Positions 53,464 to 64,000 of a stretch of 64,000 nt of DNA are shown here, in pieces. Below the pieces are notes generated by a model. The model was not told the DNA's origin and made no database searches. It saw nothing but the letters and a program-made list of their open reading frames with translations. The position numbers and the translations under genes are program-made. Source of the stretch: Amoeboaphelidium protococcarum X5 (lineage: Eukaryota > Fungi > Aphelidiomycota); contig JALDTO010000266.1 of NCBI GenBank assembly GCA_023515725.1, positions 233,345 to 297,344 of the forward strand. The letters run 5' to 3'. The first letter of the stretch is position 1. Each line of letters opens with the position of its first letter.

Positions 53464-55664
53464 ATGTCGACTGACTAAAATTAGATCATAATCCAAACCG
53501 ATTCAGCCAATCTATTTGTAAGACACGTCAGTAAATTGCAACAAACATAAATTTACTCTTCTCCTTGTTAATAATCTTGTACTTGGCTTATATTTTCACT
53601 TGCAACGTCCTGTGATAATACAAATATTCAGAACACACGCGTCATTGAAAAGAAATTAGACGATGTATGGATTGGACCACCTGCTGTGAAGAGAATATTT
53701 ATTAACTCGTATAAAGATTCGTTAAAATTTAGAGTAGATGCAAGCCACTGGTTTCTGTATTACGTGGTAACACAATGTCATTAATTGGATGTATTTACTG
53801 AGTTTTAAAGACGATTTACTGATCCTTTTTACAAGGCTGCACGAGATGATATCAGATTGGACTTTCTTCATCTAAATTTAGCTATGGTTACTAGGCTATT
53901 TCGCGTTTAATGGGGCAATTCTGAAGGCACTGACTTCTACACGTTGCATTCTGGTTTAGACTTTCTTTTAATAAATCGCCGCGCCCAGAACTATAAGCAG
54001 TTGGTTTGGAATAACAGCCGAGCTCGTTTCCCAAACAATCCTCTTCTGGATGGGGTAATAAAATAAATTGCTGTGGAGTATCATACTGATCTGAAGAATC
54101 ATGTCAATTTGAATTTCTTTATATGCTTGAAACTTTGGATGATCGCGTATATAGAAAGCGCCGCTTTATACGTTTAATTCGATGCAAAGGAGTTGTTTCA
54201 TTATATTCTGGTCTGCCTGCGATTCAATCGCGCTATTGATTTTGATCAGTTTCACAGCTTTGTGAAACGTGGCTAATCTCCGGGCATTGTCTAGGAATTT
54301 TTTGGTAAAATGGTTCTGTTTAAAAGATAAGTTGAGAATTACGTAAGATATCATCCTATAGACCGAATCAATTCAGAGAACTTTGGTGAATTTCTGGTGT
54401 TGATGCACTGCTTCCTGAAGGAAATCGAAGTGCTGTAAGAGAATGATAAGGCTTAATACAAAATGATGTCGCTGGTCCCAATAATGAAGTGTGACTGCTA
54501 GCATTTGATGTTATCAGAAACCTCATTTTAAAATTCTAACGTGGAAGTCCTATAAGATAGAGATTGGGCGTCATAGTGCTTTAATATTGAGGGCTTTGAA
54601 GACATTTTTACTAACACTCTCTATTTGGACATGTATTCTGTGTCGTTTGTTAATGCGTCACGTCCAGGTGGTCAAAAGGCAAACGTCTAGTTTATTAATA
54701 ATGATGACTTTTAAAGATAAGCTGTTGCGTATATGCTTGAGGACCAATTTGATGATCAAATTCAGGCTGAGGAAGATGCTGATGGTTGGCAAGATGAGAT
54801 CGACGAAATTCTGGATCTAATTGACGATTAAGAAGATGTGGATTAGCAAGAAGCTCCGTTACAACGATAATAATAATAAACGCAGCTGCACTTAAATGAC
54901 CCTGATATGGCTGAAGGCTTACCTGATCGACATGAAATGGTTCGGTTTATTGGCGTCGACGTTGGCATAAGACGCGCTGTTGCGGCATGTACGATGGAAG
55001 ACGCGTTGGAGGAATATGAGCATTTAAGATCGAACAACCTGCTAAATTCTAGATTAATTGCTAATTTAGGATAAAGAGATCCTCAAGTGGAAGCGATACA
55101 ATTGGTTACAGAGCATCAAGGCTTGTCGCATAAAACTGTGAATCCTTGGAAGCTCAAGTCTTACATGATTAACTATCTAACGAATCGATCCTAATGGATA
55201 TCTAGGATGTTAAGCAGTAGGAAGAAAGAACGCAACTACGATGCATGGTTCAGAAGTGTAGCACGGCTAGAGAATGCTGTCCAGCAACTTCTCGATCAAC
55301 CAATTTTGAATCCTGACGATGCCTCAAAGTATTTGGTGTTCTTTGGAGCAGCTGGAAGCACAGATTCGCTCAGTTTAGAAGAATGAGGCATCCTCCGCTG
55401 GTTTATTTTAGGTCTATTCTCTCCTTATACGCCATTGTCAAATTGACGCCAGAGAATTATTCCAGTAAACGCTGCAATAGATGTCCGGACTTTGTTATTG
55501 GAGTAAAGCATACGCGTCCTCGAGATCACTTTATTTGCTCATTTGATCTTGATCATTAGACTGATGGAGATAAGAATGCTTTTAAGAATATTCTCTATAT
55601 TGGCTTGTACATGATTTTTCATGAAGGATAGTTTCCTGCTAATTTTATTGTACTAAGAAGATGA
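53464..55664 (+). CDS. Fanzor1 (TnpB-derived RNA-guided RuvC endonuclease), with a -1 frameshift near 55370-55385
   Basis: EYHTDLKNHVNLNF, MSLVPIMK..HLMLS, FTNTLYLDMYSVSF; RuvC-I FIGVDVGIRRAV; LVFFGAAG; RuvC-II TPENYSSKRCNRC; RuvC-III TDGDKNAFKNI. Confidence 0.85.
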
Positions 55665-56239
55665 TCGCACAGGCTCAGGGAATGATAAAAGAAATACAAA
55701 AATGATACAAATCAATCTAAAGCATTTGAAATAAATTTCAATGCAATACTTAGGCTTTATATTGCGCTATTAAGTTAATACAACTATGTTAACGAGCGTA
55801 CTTGAGCGACTATCTGCCAAATGTAATTATATATAATATTTAAACTAGAGCTTTAACAATTGTTATAACAATCCTTGATAGAAACGCTCAGCAGGAAAGT
55901 GGTGTTTAGGAGTAGATCGTCAATTGACAAGCGGAAGCTAGTTCAAACTAGCATAGTTATTACTTCATCTGATAGAATATACATACTATCGGAGCTGATT
56001 TCGAGCTGCAGATCCTAGTAAAATGATCACTCGTAAGACTTACCAAAATCGTTGCGAGGACTTCACTCCCAGTATAACATTTTACAGTTCATCAACTTCG
56101 CCACAAGTAGTACTAACTAGTTTATTTCGAATCTCACAAAATCAATTATCGCACGCAAGATGTGATGCGACAAGTCATCTTCAGTTTTAACAAATCAATC
56201 ATAATCTAAACAATCAGCTGAATAGATCTCTATAAACTA

Positions 56240-56779
56240 ATGGAAAATAGAACATCATTTCAGTGGGCAAGGCTTCTTGGAGATTTCTTTGGCAAAGGCA
56301 GGATACTACTTGATGCAATTAGAGCTGCAAATGATCATCACCGTATAAATTTACATCCATTCAATGAACTACGTCAAAATTTGGTAGAGCAGGCAACGTT
56401 AATAGTAGGAACAGCGTACGGAGAAGGCTTTGACATCTACAACCGTGATTTGGAGCAGTTTCTAATATAGTTGCAACAATCCCCTGATGAGTAGTGGAGG
56501 GACGTTTACGACGAGTGGGTGGTCAACTTAACAGAAAGAGAATTTTAGATATAGCATATTTTTGAAGTTAGAACTAATTATCTTGCCAATAAAGTACTGC
56601 TAGAATAATGGACCGATCTAAGGGGAAGACAGCTGGTACTCACTGCTAGGCGTGCAGCATGGGCTCTGCCAGATACAACTTATCTGTTCGAGGAACATGA
56701 GTTTATGAAGATTTCCTTTGGCTATTACCACACTCGCAGAATGAACAGGAGATAATTACATCTAGCAATACAATAATGA
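56240..56779 (+). CDS. Orphan protein (179 aa) next to Fanzor
   Basis: ATG..TGA frame open in code 6, intronless. No family recognised. Confidence 0.55.
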
Positions 56780-57382
56780 TCTCTACATGACATTAATCGA
56801 AATAATATACTTCCTTGTTATCATCATGAAAATGGAATTCTACCATTTATCAAAACAACCTAACCATGTCTACAATCTAACAGCTTCGTAATATAATTAA
56901 TCTGGGTCAGAATAAGGTTAGCGACCGAAATATGTATATGCAAGCTCTGCTTCTGCACTAATTGCAGAAAATTTGTAACAAACTGATAATGTCCTTAGAA
57001 AGAAGTTCAGAAAAAGAGGCCGAGAATCACCATCACATGGGGAGTTTAAAAAATTACAACGCAAACCATGAGGAAAGAAACTTTAGAAACCTTTACTGCA
57101 ATTATGTGTTCCACTCAAATGTCACACGATCAATTCCAAATTATAGATATCACCAGATGATGTAACCGATCATGTCTGATTTGTACTGTTGTCCTGCGTT
57201 TCCTCTTATTACTGGCAATAAAAACTACTTTGAATGACAAGATTAATGATTCTTTCAACAACGCGTCTTATATTCGCGCCCAACCAATATCCAATTCATG
57301 CGACACAAAGCGCAATCTTTTAAATTGTGACGTAATGGGAAGTTAAATCGGAAATGTGTCAATGCTACAAGATTGTATTTTA

Positions 57383-58012
57383 TCATTACTAACGCATCCT
57401 AGCACTGCGTCGTACGCTGAAGTCTTATTAAACAAAGAATTCATCAACATCATCCTGGGCAGGCCCTTGTAGATCAGCAGCATTGTCACCAATCTCACGC
57501 TAGAGCTCCTAAAAGACTATACCTTGTGCTGGCTGAGGAGCAGCCTGCTGACCATCTTCGGCTTATTCAGGAGCGGCTTCTCTTTAAGGAGCCGGAGGGT
57601 TAAAGTCGAATCCATCAAGAATGCCGCTCTCAGACAGAACACTCCACACGGACTCAGGGTCACTTTAATTTCCCTCATTCAACATACCGAAAGCAAGCAG
57701 CGCAAGTCTTTCAGCTGCCAGCTAGGTATGCTGAATCTCCATATCACCAAGAACCTCTCCAATGAGGCCAACAAGAGAAGCAGGAGGAGGTACAGCGCCA
57801 ACAGCAGGGCGATTTCTCGCTTCCTACGTGATGCGCTCTTCTTCACGTCTCGCTCTGGCTTGAGCTCTTGCTCTAGCCGCTAATTGGGCTTGCCTCTATG
57901 TCGCCCTTATATCCTGACGAAGATGTGGAGTTTCGATAATGACCTGAGCAGCACACGCACGACCGCGATTTCCTCTTCCGCGTCCGACACCAGCACCTCT
58001 ACCGCGCACCAT
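57383..58012 (-). CDS. Orphan protein (209 aa) with Arg/Gly-rich N-terminus
   Basis: MVRGRGAGVGRGRGNRGRA..ARARAQARARREEER; higher GC than flanks; ends TAG TAA TGA. Confidence 0.6.
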
Positions 58013-58647
58013 GTATGTAGTATTTAATACAAATAACTTTGAACTCTGGAAGATTAATGTGGAATTAGAGGACAGATAATTTCACACTTGAATAAAGGTT
58101 CGTTATCAAATCAAATACATAACTGATGAAAAATTTGATTTCTCCTGCGCAACTGTTATTTTCTTAAACTACAAACACGAGTTGCATTTTATAAACTTTA
58201 TCTGAAAGAATTGTTAGATTTAGAAAAGTCAAAACAATAGAGTAAAGTAAGTTATAAGTGAAATATTGTTCTGTACTGGATGATACTTTATTAACCTTTA
58301 CCCACTATTACTGAACCAACTCCTGATAGCGCACCAACTTACTTGCGAGATCGGCATCTATAAAGAGATATGATGCATTCCGACGCCACCGTCATTGCGT
58401 CACATCTCTATCCAGCACCGAATCATAAATCACTTTAAGAGCTTACGCGACCATATCATTCATTTTACTTTATGACAGACTATATACACAATAGGAGCAG
58501 ACAGGAAGGTATTTACCAATACTGCGAATCGAACAGAGACACCTACAGAAGCACAAGAAGCTCCTACATAATGTTAATAAGATGAATACTCTATAAACAC
58601 GTTAAGCGAAAGAAATCATTGTTCATAAGAGGCGCGCATATATACTG

Positions 58648-59113
58648 CAGATACTTGCCTATTCGAGACGTCAATGATGAGAGAGGCGCGCACTTGAAAC
58701 AATGTTGATCATCTAAGCCCCACAGAGTCGGCTGTTGATACTTGATCGACGCGTGTGCAAACATCCATCCATAAATTACGCCCCCTTCGCCTTGCGTTCG
58801 GGCGGGGACAAGGCTTCACAGGACTTGTGTGTACGTGTTAAGTCACAGATTCGAGACTGACAAAATCGTCTTGGCTGGGTACTTTATCTCGGTTTAAGTG
58901 CCATTGACTTCATCTTAACCGGGCCTACTCATCAAATGATACTGTTATCGTATTGCCCCGAATTGCGCCGAATGTGGAACCAATGAGTTACATTGGTTTG
59001 TCATCGGGAAGGAACTTTTGCGGTCAATCACATGACAAATGTAAGCTTTTCCCATGAGCAGAAGGGAGTATCCTTAATAGTGAATTTTCGCCGTGTGGTA
59101 AGCGGAAATTTAC
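58648..59113 (+). repeat. 466-bp structured repeat, copy 2
   Basis: Direct repeat of 48891..49356. Confidence 0.95.
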
Positions 59114-59265
59114 AATAAATCAGCCATAATTTCACTTTTTTTCACAAAAGTCGAAGATCAAAATCTGGAAACGAAGAAAAGGAGAAAAGATCTGAACGCG
59201 TAACGAACCAAAGGAGGGAGAGAGAGAGCAAATCAATAAACACCCACTGACTGCACACAATATTT

Positions 59266-60096
59266 TCACAAATGTAGTTAAATTTGAAAGTATGCCAGTG
59301 CAGACTTATCACTTATCATACCCAAAATTGATTTTCCTTCCATATTCTTCTACTAAGTCAGAATGTCCTTCACGTAATCATGCCCAGTGATGAATTTGTC
59401 GTGGTATTACTCAAACAAACGCGTAAAATACAGCAATGAGTCCATGTGATTCTCTTCAGCCAAAAAATGGAGACATGTATTGCCAACCTTGTCTTTAACC
59501 AGCAGAAGGCTTTTCAAAGAGGCAGCACACTTTTAATCATTATTCGAATCGGAACTAGAGGTGGCCTGTTACACAATGTACTCACTCAACAACTTGGCAA
59601 TCTACAGATTCCCTTTGGCGCAGAGACGGTGAAACACAGTTTGGCCGTTCATGTCTTTGAGCGTCAAGTCGACGCCTTGCTGTTTGAGCAGCAGCTCAAT
59701 CACTCCCGAATGCTGTTTCGACACGGCAAAGTGTAGAGGCGATTGCATGGATTGAGTGAGAGCATTAACCTTGGCGCCTGCATTCAATAGCAGTTGAGTG
59801 ATCAGTTCATTGCCATGGGATGCCGCCAAATGAAGCGGTGTCCAGTCATCTTCATCCTGAGTATTAACAGCCTTAAGCACAACATCCTGGCCATAATCTC
59901 TACGCAGAACATCCAAAATGTACTCCACAATGTTGAATGACACTTCATTTTTAGAGATTGCCCAATGCAAAACTGTTCTCCCATCCTCATCCCTGGCCTG
60001 TACCTTGGGATCCGGATGAAAAGAGCTTGAAGGTAGATTCTTCAATTAGCTTATATTCTACTGTCTTGCCAACTCAAACGCGTCAACTCCAGTCAT
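59266..60096 (-). CDS. Ankyrin-repeat protein, Nas6/gankyrin-like
   Basis: DEDGRTVLHWA, DEDDWTPLHLAAS.G, QSPLHFAVSK, GNTCLH..AEE. Confidence 0.8.
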
Positions 60097-60208
60097 ATTT
60101 TGTTCTACTAATTGTTGTTTATTGAGGCAAGAAATTGAGAGGCGAATAGACTGAATTCTAGATCTAAAATTCTGAAAAAATAAATACTGGACCCACTATA
60201 CAAATTCA

Positions 60209-61381
60209 TCATGATCTATATTGCGATAACAAGCCTTTTGTCAATTCAAATATGTTTTTGAAAGCTGCACCGAGACAAATGAGAACGGCTCCGGTAATAT
60301 CAAGTCCTAGGATAAGCGCGTCTGTAGGAGCATCTTGTAGCACGAAAACTCCTCCCAGAAACGCGAATATAACATCCAAGTTGCGCAAGAGAACTGCAGG
60401 TCCAGCTGGCGCTTTCTGTAATCCATTGTTCAGCAGGAATTATGCAAAGAAAGCAGAGATACCGATTGCGCTTAATAGCAAAACGTCAATCCAGCCGGCA
60501 GGTGTCCTTGAATTACTAGAGTCTGCGATCAATATCACGATCGATATGACAGTGCTGATTAGGCCAAAGTAGAATACATGCACAAGCGGATGTACTTGGC
60601 CAGGAGCTAAACGAGTCACTCGTCTTACTGAGCAATAAGCAACTGCTGACATACATGCACCAAATAGCGCTGCGAAAACACCAGAGGCTCTATAAGGGGA
60701 CGCTGTTGAAGCATCAATCAGATGGGAACCAAACAGAAACGAAGGCCTCGAGACTAGCACTACGCCAGCCAGGCAAATGAAAGATGATATGACATCCAAT
60801 CTGGTATAATCTTCACCCAGCCAGAGATGCGCGAGAAGAGCCGTCATAGGAGGTCCTGTGAAGAACAATGTTGTTGCGTCAGCAAGCGGGAGTAAAGTGA
60901 TAGACAAGTAAAACATGGCCAGTCCAATCGATCCAGAAAATCCTCTTATAAATAAATTGAATCTAGGAGAATTGTAAAGCATCTTCAGAGATTTAATGGG
61001 CTGAGATGGTGGACCAAACGGATTGACTTTGATAACTAGTAGCCATATCAGGGCAATGACGAATTGAACGACAGATCTAGCAAACACCAGCTGCGAACTG
61101 CTATATCCAAATGGAAATCGCTCATCATTGATAGATCCAATCTTTACTAAAAGGGACATTACTGAGAATAGTAGCGCCGACACTCCAACCATAGTAAGTC
61201 CAGTCTTGACTGATCGCCGCTCCGACTCTTCATGTACTTCAACATCATCACCATTATCGCCCGTAGATATGCTCTAATACTAATCGCTTCCAACAGGAGA
61301 CATTAAGAGGCTTGTATCTTCATCTGGACTTACAATCACATCTACTGACTTCAGACTTTCATCACGCTTCACATTCGCCAT
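60209..61381 (-). CDS. EamA/DMT (SLC35G-like) transporter
   Basis: LPLADATTLFFTGP, GVVLVSRPSFLFG, AGPAVLLRNLDVIFAF; about 10 hydrophobic segments. Confidence 0.85.
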
Positions 61382-61584
61382 AGAATCTTGCAATATCAAA
61401 ATCACAACTATAGAAGCTGCTGCAATGTGTAACGAGGAGGATGAAAATGGAAATTTCGGAGTGAAACGGAACGCGTTAAGCGCGCGTAACTGCAAGACAC
61501 TCTTTCTTCTCTTTTCGCCTCAAACGTGTTCAGCTTGAAAAGCTCACTGATTACAGTGATTGAAAGTATATATAAATATACATA

Positions 61585-61887
61585 ATGTCCTAGGAAGACG
61601 TGAAAGAGCCAAAGAAGGATCCAGGTGCAACTGAGCACATCAACATCAAGGTCAAGTCTGGTGAAGGAAATGAAGTCTTTTTCAAGGTGAAGCCGAACAC
61701 AAAGTTTCATAAAATATTTGAGGCCTTCTGTGACAGAATGGGAAGAAGCATGAAAGATGTGCGCTTTTTCAGTCCTGAGGGTGAGCGTATTCAAGCAGAA
61801 AGTACTCCTGCCGAGGCTGAAATTGAAGATGGAGACCAGATTGAAGCTCGAATTGAATAGGTTGGTGGATGTATGGCGATAAATTGA
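61585..61887 (+). CDS. SMT3: SUMO
   Basis: EHINIKV..EVFFKVK..EDGDQIEARIE-TAG(Q)-VGG. Confidence 0.95.
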
Positions 61888-62090
61888 TCTGAATTGTGAA
61901 ATTGGAAATTTGCATTTGTACTAGGCGTTTCTTTCGTGTTTTCTGTTCCCCAAGAGCCGTGTCGCGTCAAGTCGTTGATTCGTCGCTCTTCATCTTTCTC
62001 GTTTCGGAGACAAAGAGGGGAAAGCTGTTAGCTTATTGTAACATCTCTTCTTACTGTACAATCATATAAACGTTGTTGAATATCTAGAGA

Positions 62091-63323
62091 ATGCCAACGG
62101 AGTCTTAATAGTAGCAGTAATAATAAGCGGCTACTGTGCTTTTGGTAACTGCGTCGTATGATAGAACTATCAGATTCTGGGAAGCTCTTTCTGGTATTTG
62201 TTCGCGCACGGTTTAGCATCCAGACAGCCAGGTGAATAGAGTAGCTATTAGTACGGATAAGAAGTATGTGGCTGCAGCTGGTAATCCGAACGTAAGAATA
62301 TATGAAGGTCTCACCAATAATGGAAATCCCATCGCTACTTTTGAAGGTCACACCGCTAATGTTACCGCTGTCTAGTTTTAATCTAATGCAAAGTGGATTG
62401 TAAGTGGTGGTGAAGATGGCTTCGTTAAAGTATTTGATATGAGAATAGGGAATGCTGGTAATAACTCACAGCAATAATAATCTGGCGGTAAAAGCGCAGC
62501 TTAAAGAGAATATTCTCATGATAAAGTTGGAGTAGCTGATGTTGTTATTCATCCGAATCAGGTTGAATTGATCAGTTGTGATCATGGTGGAGCGATCAGA
62601 GTATGGGATCTACGTGCTGGGCTTAATTCATCTTTTAATAATTATAGCAATAGCAACTCTGGAAATCTTAGCGGTAGCTTTAATGCTAGTGGAAGCGGTG
62701 GTAATACCAGTCAATATGCCAAGAATGCTTGTTCTCATGAACTTATACCAGAAGAGGATGCCATGATGAAGAGCCTGTCCATCGCCTCTGACTCTTCTCT
62801 GCTCACCGCCGGTACTCACAAAGGTAACGTGTATATATGGAAGTTGTCCAATTAGTCGAGTATGTTCAAAGCTGAGCAGCAATCGATACATGGCGAGTAG
62901 TAATAGCAAAAGCTCTCGGGTACCCATACTGATTTCTTGCCAGTGTGCAAATTGAAAGCTCACAGCAATTACATGTTGAGGAGCGTGTTGAGTCCGGACG
63001 TTAAACATCTCGCCACAGCGTCTGCTGATTCTACTATCAAGATATGGTCGTTGCAATCTGGAGAAAATTATGATCCTAGTGAGTCTAATAATTCTAATAC
63101 TGGCAAGGGAGAAGGTATCAGCTTAAAGTTGGAAAAGACTCTTACTGGACATCAGCGATGGGTGTGGGACTGTGCGTTCTCTGCCGATTCAGAGTATCTG
63201 GTCAGTGCAGCATCTGATCATACGGCGAGACTCTGGGATTTAAGTAGCGGTGAAAGTATACGCTAATATCAAGGCCACCATAAAGCTGCTGTATGTGTAT
63301 CTCTCAACGACTACTCTATGTGA
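62091..63323 (+). CDS. LST8: TOR complex subunit LST8
   Basis: [67 protein letters not shown]. Confidence 0.95.
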
Positions 63324-63445
63324 TTTAAAAACTGTAAAATTCTATTTTGGCTGAATGAAATAACTAATTAATACCACTTTAGACCAAATTTATTCGAAAA
63401 AGACACATTAACTAATCAGACGGGATACAATACAAGATGGGGGAT

Positions 63446-64000
63446 TCAACCATTCGTTGTCGATGATGGAATAGAAGAGAATGACTACTATGATTACAGC
63501 TGCATCTTGTCTCTCTACTGCAAATACTACTCGATACCTTCTTAGTAGACTACAATCACGCTGGACAGTCTCTAACCATCCTTCTCTTCATTAGCCAACA
63601 GGTACAGCTTACAACTATTCTTCACCAGAAGCAGTGAGATGTTCTTAATCCTGTCCTTCTTAGTCTCAAATATATGAACAATTCTCCCAGAATCAAGAGA
63701 CCAAATATCAACATTAGATAGAGAACCAGCGACAATCAATACATTAGTATTCAATGCTCCTCCTTGCTTTGCCGCGACAGCAGCCAGTGAACTTTATGAA
63801 GACTGCCGGCTTAGATGAGACGATTGCTGAAACTATGAAGAACTCGACAGATCATTGGACTACATTATTGGACTCTATGCAGAAGGAAATGTCTACAGTT
63901 TGGTGGCAAAAGTGAGCGGAGAACGCCAGGTGAACTTTTTCAACTCATCTTATGGGGCATCAGAGCTGGCCAGTATACCATAGAACTCGAAACATAACAG
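63446..64000 (-). CDS. 3' end of a beta-strand-rich (WD40-like?) protein, partial
   Basis: Open code-6 frame to TGA 63446; VDIWSLDSG-type repeat. Confidence 0.45.

Noticed and set aside
48891-59113. One LTR retrotransposon bounded by the two 466-bp repeats
   Set aside because: The interior has host genes (ABCF) and no gag/RT/integrase. TG..CA occurs only around copy 2, and there is no TSD.
16480-62351. Many ORF-track entries such as 16480+, 28268-, 34163+, 37453+, 57524+, 61408-
   Set aside because: They are antisense or off-frame shadows of genes supported in code 6.
1-64000. Mass pseudogenisation suggested by frequent in-frame TAA/TAG
   Set aside because: They fall at conserved Gln sites in essential genes, so code reassignment explains them.

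Overview
Gene-dense, intron-poor eukaryotic DNA with a fungus-like gene set. TAA/TAG encode Gln and TGA is the stop (translation table 6), so the supplied ORF track is heavily fragmented. This fits the aphelid Amoeboaphelidium protococcarum (inference). Re-read in code 6, the window holds about 30 host genes, including GATAD1-like, LOG, PIG-O, an RBR ligase, a SLC25 carrier, SWS1/ZSWIM7, VTS1, CLEC16A, RHO1, ATG15, SmF, BRD7/9, TMF1, a TRIM-like protein, a CH-CH-kinase, SCO1, RPL6, coronin-7, ABCF2, NAS6, SUMO and LST8. It also has an SRP RNA gene and three accessory regions: (i) 13.8-19.2 kb, a degenerate KDZ transposase-ULP1 fusion, a papain-like pseudogene and a Tc1 remnant; (ii) 27.9-31.3 kb, an intact IS3EU-like DDE transposase convergent with an intact alpha-kinase; (iii) 53.4-58.0 kb, a Fanzor1 (TnpB-derived RNA-guided nuclease) gene with hairpins behind it and two orphan ORFs. 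A 466-bp structured repeat with a U1-snRNA-like head occurs twice (48.9 and 58.6 kb). One gene appears to end at TAA directly after a CAAX box, hinting at context-dependent termination. All calls come from manual translation and motif recognition; no database search was run.
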